64,000 nt of DNA, from NCBI GenBank assembly GCA_043228905.1, contig JBHGNT010000011.1:21142001-21206000 (forward strand). The letters run 5' to 3'. Under the pieces are notes generated by a model. It ran no database searches. It saw nothing but the letters and a program-made list of their open reading frames with translations, and was not told where the DNA came from. Shown here one piece after another: positions 61,731 through 64,000 of the stretch. This DNA is from Azolla caroliniana. Lineage: Eukaryota; Plantae; Polypodiophyta. The position numbers were made by a program, and so were the translations under genes. Positions within the stretch are counted from its first letter, which is position 1. Each line of letters starts with the position of its first letter.

Positions 61731-64000
61731 GTGTTCTTTATTTTGGTGAATTTTTGTTTCTCTCTCCTCTCTCTCTCTCTATCTCTATCCCCGACCCCTT
61801 TCTTCTTCATTGGGTCACTTTGCTTAACATCAACCTCCCCCCCGACTCTACACATCTCTATCATATCCCTTCTTATCTAGTATTACTACTACCACTCCTA
61901 TTCCTTTCCTTTTCTTTTTTTACCACCCTCTCCTCTTTTTCATTGCCTGTGAACTATATCTGTCTATCTATCCATCCATCTATCTATGTCTGTCTTCACC
62001 TCATTTTGTACAATTTTTTGCTTCCTTGTATGCTAGCACATGATATGATATGCATCATCACGCCCTCGAGTGGTCCTCACCTCTTTAAGCCTGTTGGGAT
62101 TCTAGCCGCCCCCAATTGTTGCTCCCTTCACATAAATGGTGTGTGTAATTTTTTTACAGCCTGAATGATACCCATCTGGGTTACAACAACGACCGAATTA
62201 TATCATTTGTGTTACAACGACCGCATGTAATGAATGATGAGATGGACTCCCATATCGTCACCCTTCACATTGGTTGAGTGGTTATTGATTCTCAGATCTA
62301 GTCAAAGTTCGTGACAAGATAAAATTGTAGTCTTCTCATTTTTTCACCGAGGCCCACCACATACTAGGTGCTTGTTAATTGCTATCACATTTTATGAATG
62401 TCATTACCCTTTTCTCTCCCCTCCTTCAATGTCCCCTTTGCCATCAAGCACTTCTATACACATTAGGCTCTTCCTCTACCCACTTTTCTCTTCGATCTAT
62501 TTAGAGTATTTACCTGTCACCAAATAAGTTTAAGAGTGTAGGTGCTAGATTGTACAAGGAAAGTGTTTAATGCTTGGCCTAGAACCTTAACATGGACGGA
62601 CTCCATTAGAAGGTGTCACAAAGCAATGTGTACATGGGTTTGGGATCCATTCTATTGTATTATATTGAAAGGTAAGGTGGAACTTTGGGCATCACCTCGC
62701 TTCCTGGAGCTCGCATGCGAAAGCCACGTGGATTTAAAGCTTTGCACCATTGTCTGTGACCCTTTACGATATTGAAGCTTTTAGACCCATGTTCATCCTT
62801 TTCAAAATGGTGTAGATCCTAACCAAATAGAAAAACTTTGGCTCATAAAAAATGGTTGCTCAATCATGTCCTCGATTTTTCAACAGGAGACCATATTGCA
62901 AAGTGTTCCCATATCCCGATGTTGAATGTCGTGTGTACAAATGAAAATAGTCAAAATCTTGTTACATGTAAAAAATCTATAAGACATACATCATGTCACA
63001 ATATATCAACATTTGATTGCTTATTTAAAAGAGCAGCCAACTAGCACCTTACTATGCACACCATTTCCACATGTCTAGCACCATTGGAAGGTATAATATA
63101 CTACAAGAAAATGGCATCAAGTTAATCCTTGAGATATGCGCTTAACTTGATGTATATGTTGGTTGAAGGGTGGGATCTCATGTGTCCTACGGTTAACATC
63201 CCGATGTAAGTAGCCTCAACCAATGAGTGAAGTAAAGGTTTAGGGGTAAAACAAATATGATGTTTAATTCCTCTTTAAGGATTTCCTCTCTTGACTTTGA
63301 ATGGATTATTACTCATCTAAACATATTAGTGCCACAACTAGGAATTTTACTTCAATCCATTCACATAAAATATTTTAGTGATTTACTCGCATAATATCAT
63401 TCATCACCGATAAGAATTTTACATCCATCCATTTACATTGTCACAATTGGAATTTTACGCCCATCTATTTCACATAAGCACAATGCACCCTCCAATGTTC
63501 ATAGAGAAACTGATTTTCAATAATGAAGGGCAATTGAAAATAGACACAAGAAGTCCTTGAACCATATCAGCGTTAGATGTCCATTCCTATTTAGAAAGAA
63601 GACAATTGGAGTGGAGCATTACCCTACAATTGATCCTTGTGTGAGGCAAACTTCCTCACAGGAGGAGGAACGGAAGTCTCATTTTTGTCACTGATCCAAT
63701 GGATGACCGATGTGGTTACAAGAATTCAGGCGAGTAATACACATAAGGTGTCAATTCTTCTACGAGTTATAACTTATCACTAAATGGGCATAGTCTAACC
63801 CTTTTAGGCCACTCTTGTGTAGGACACGAGTCAATACATAAAAGGGGTTTAATTCATCTCGGTAATAAAAGGCAAAGGAAGGAGGTGCATGGACTATGAC
63901 CCTTACTTATTTATGAACCTTATCTTACACACACATACACACAAACCTCATGGGGAAGACATGACTCGTCATCTCTCAATGAGACAATATGAGATGACTT

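Noticed and set aside
61138-62164. ORFs of 81 aa (R/E-rich) and 219 aa (L/S/F-rich)
   Set aside because: Low-complexity GA/CT tracts of the CYCD leader and promoter; the longer ORF has no ATG start and neither has a recognisable domain.
63115-63152. Inverted repeat CATCAAGTTAA...TTAACTTGATG as a miRNA precursor or terminator
   Set aside because: Only an 11-bp stem, too short for a plant pre-miRNA, and I recognise no conserved miRNA sequence.

Overview
Eukaryotic, AT-rich, intron-containing land-plant nuclear DNA, most likely a fern with a compact genome. This is an inference from the PLS-PPR motif style and about 9 protein genes in 64 kb. Minus strand, spliced genes whose exons I rebuilt by hand: MCM10 (runs off the window start), a FIG4/SAC-type phosphoinositide phosphatase, plastid ribosomal protein S13, a CtpA-family (CTPA1-like) protease, ORC4 and a D-type cyclin, plus tRNA-Leu(AAG). 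Plus strand, a block of three intronless ORFs: two PLS-E class PPR proteins without a DYW domain and an L-type lectin receptor kinase. Intergenic DNA and long introns hold decayed Ty3/gypsy and LINE fragments, microsatellites and many short tandem duplications. I see no CRISPR, prokaryotic or clearly new multi-gene system. The most unusual signals are: (i) ORC4 intron 1 is built from ~122-bp copies of its own exon-2 acceptor junction, and ORC4 also has a U12-type intron and a GC-AG intron; (ii) local duplications cluster at periods of 113-132 bp; (iii) a 114-bp repeat with a Pol III-like layout (A-box, B-box, T-run); (iv) a PPR protein with elongated L motifs; (v) three G1/S genes with E2F-like sites in one window. 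All calls come from reading the sequence only; no searches were run.
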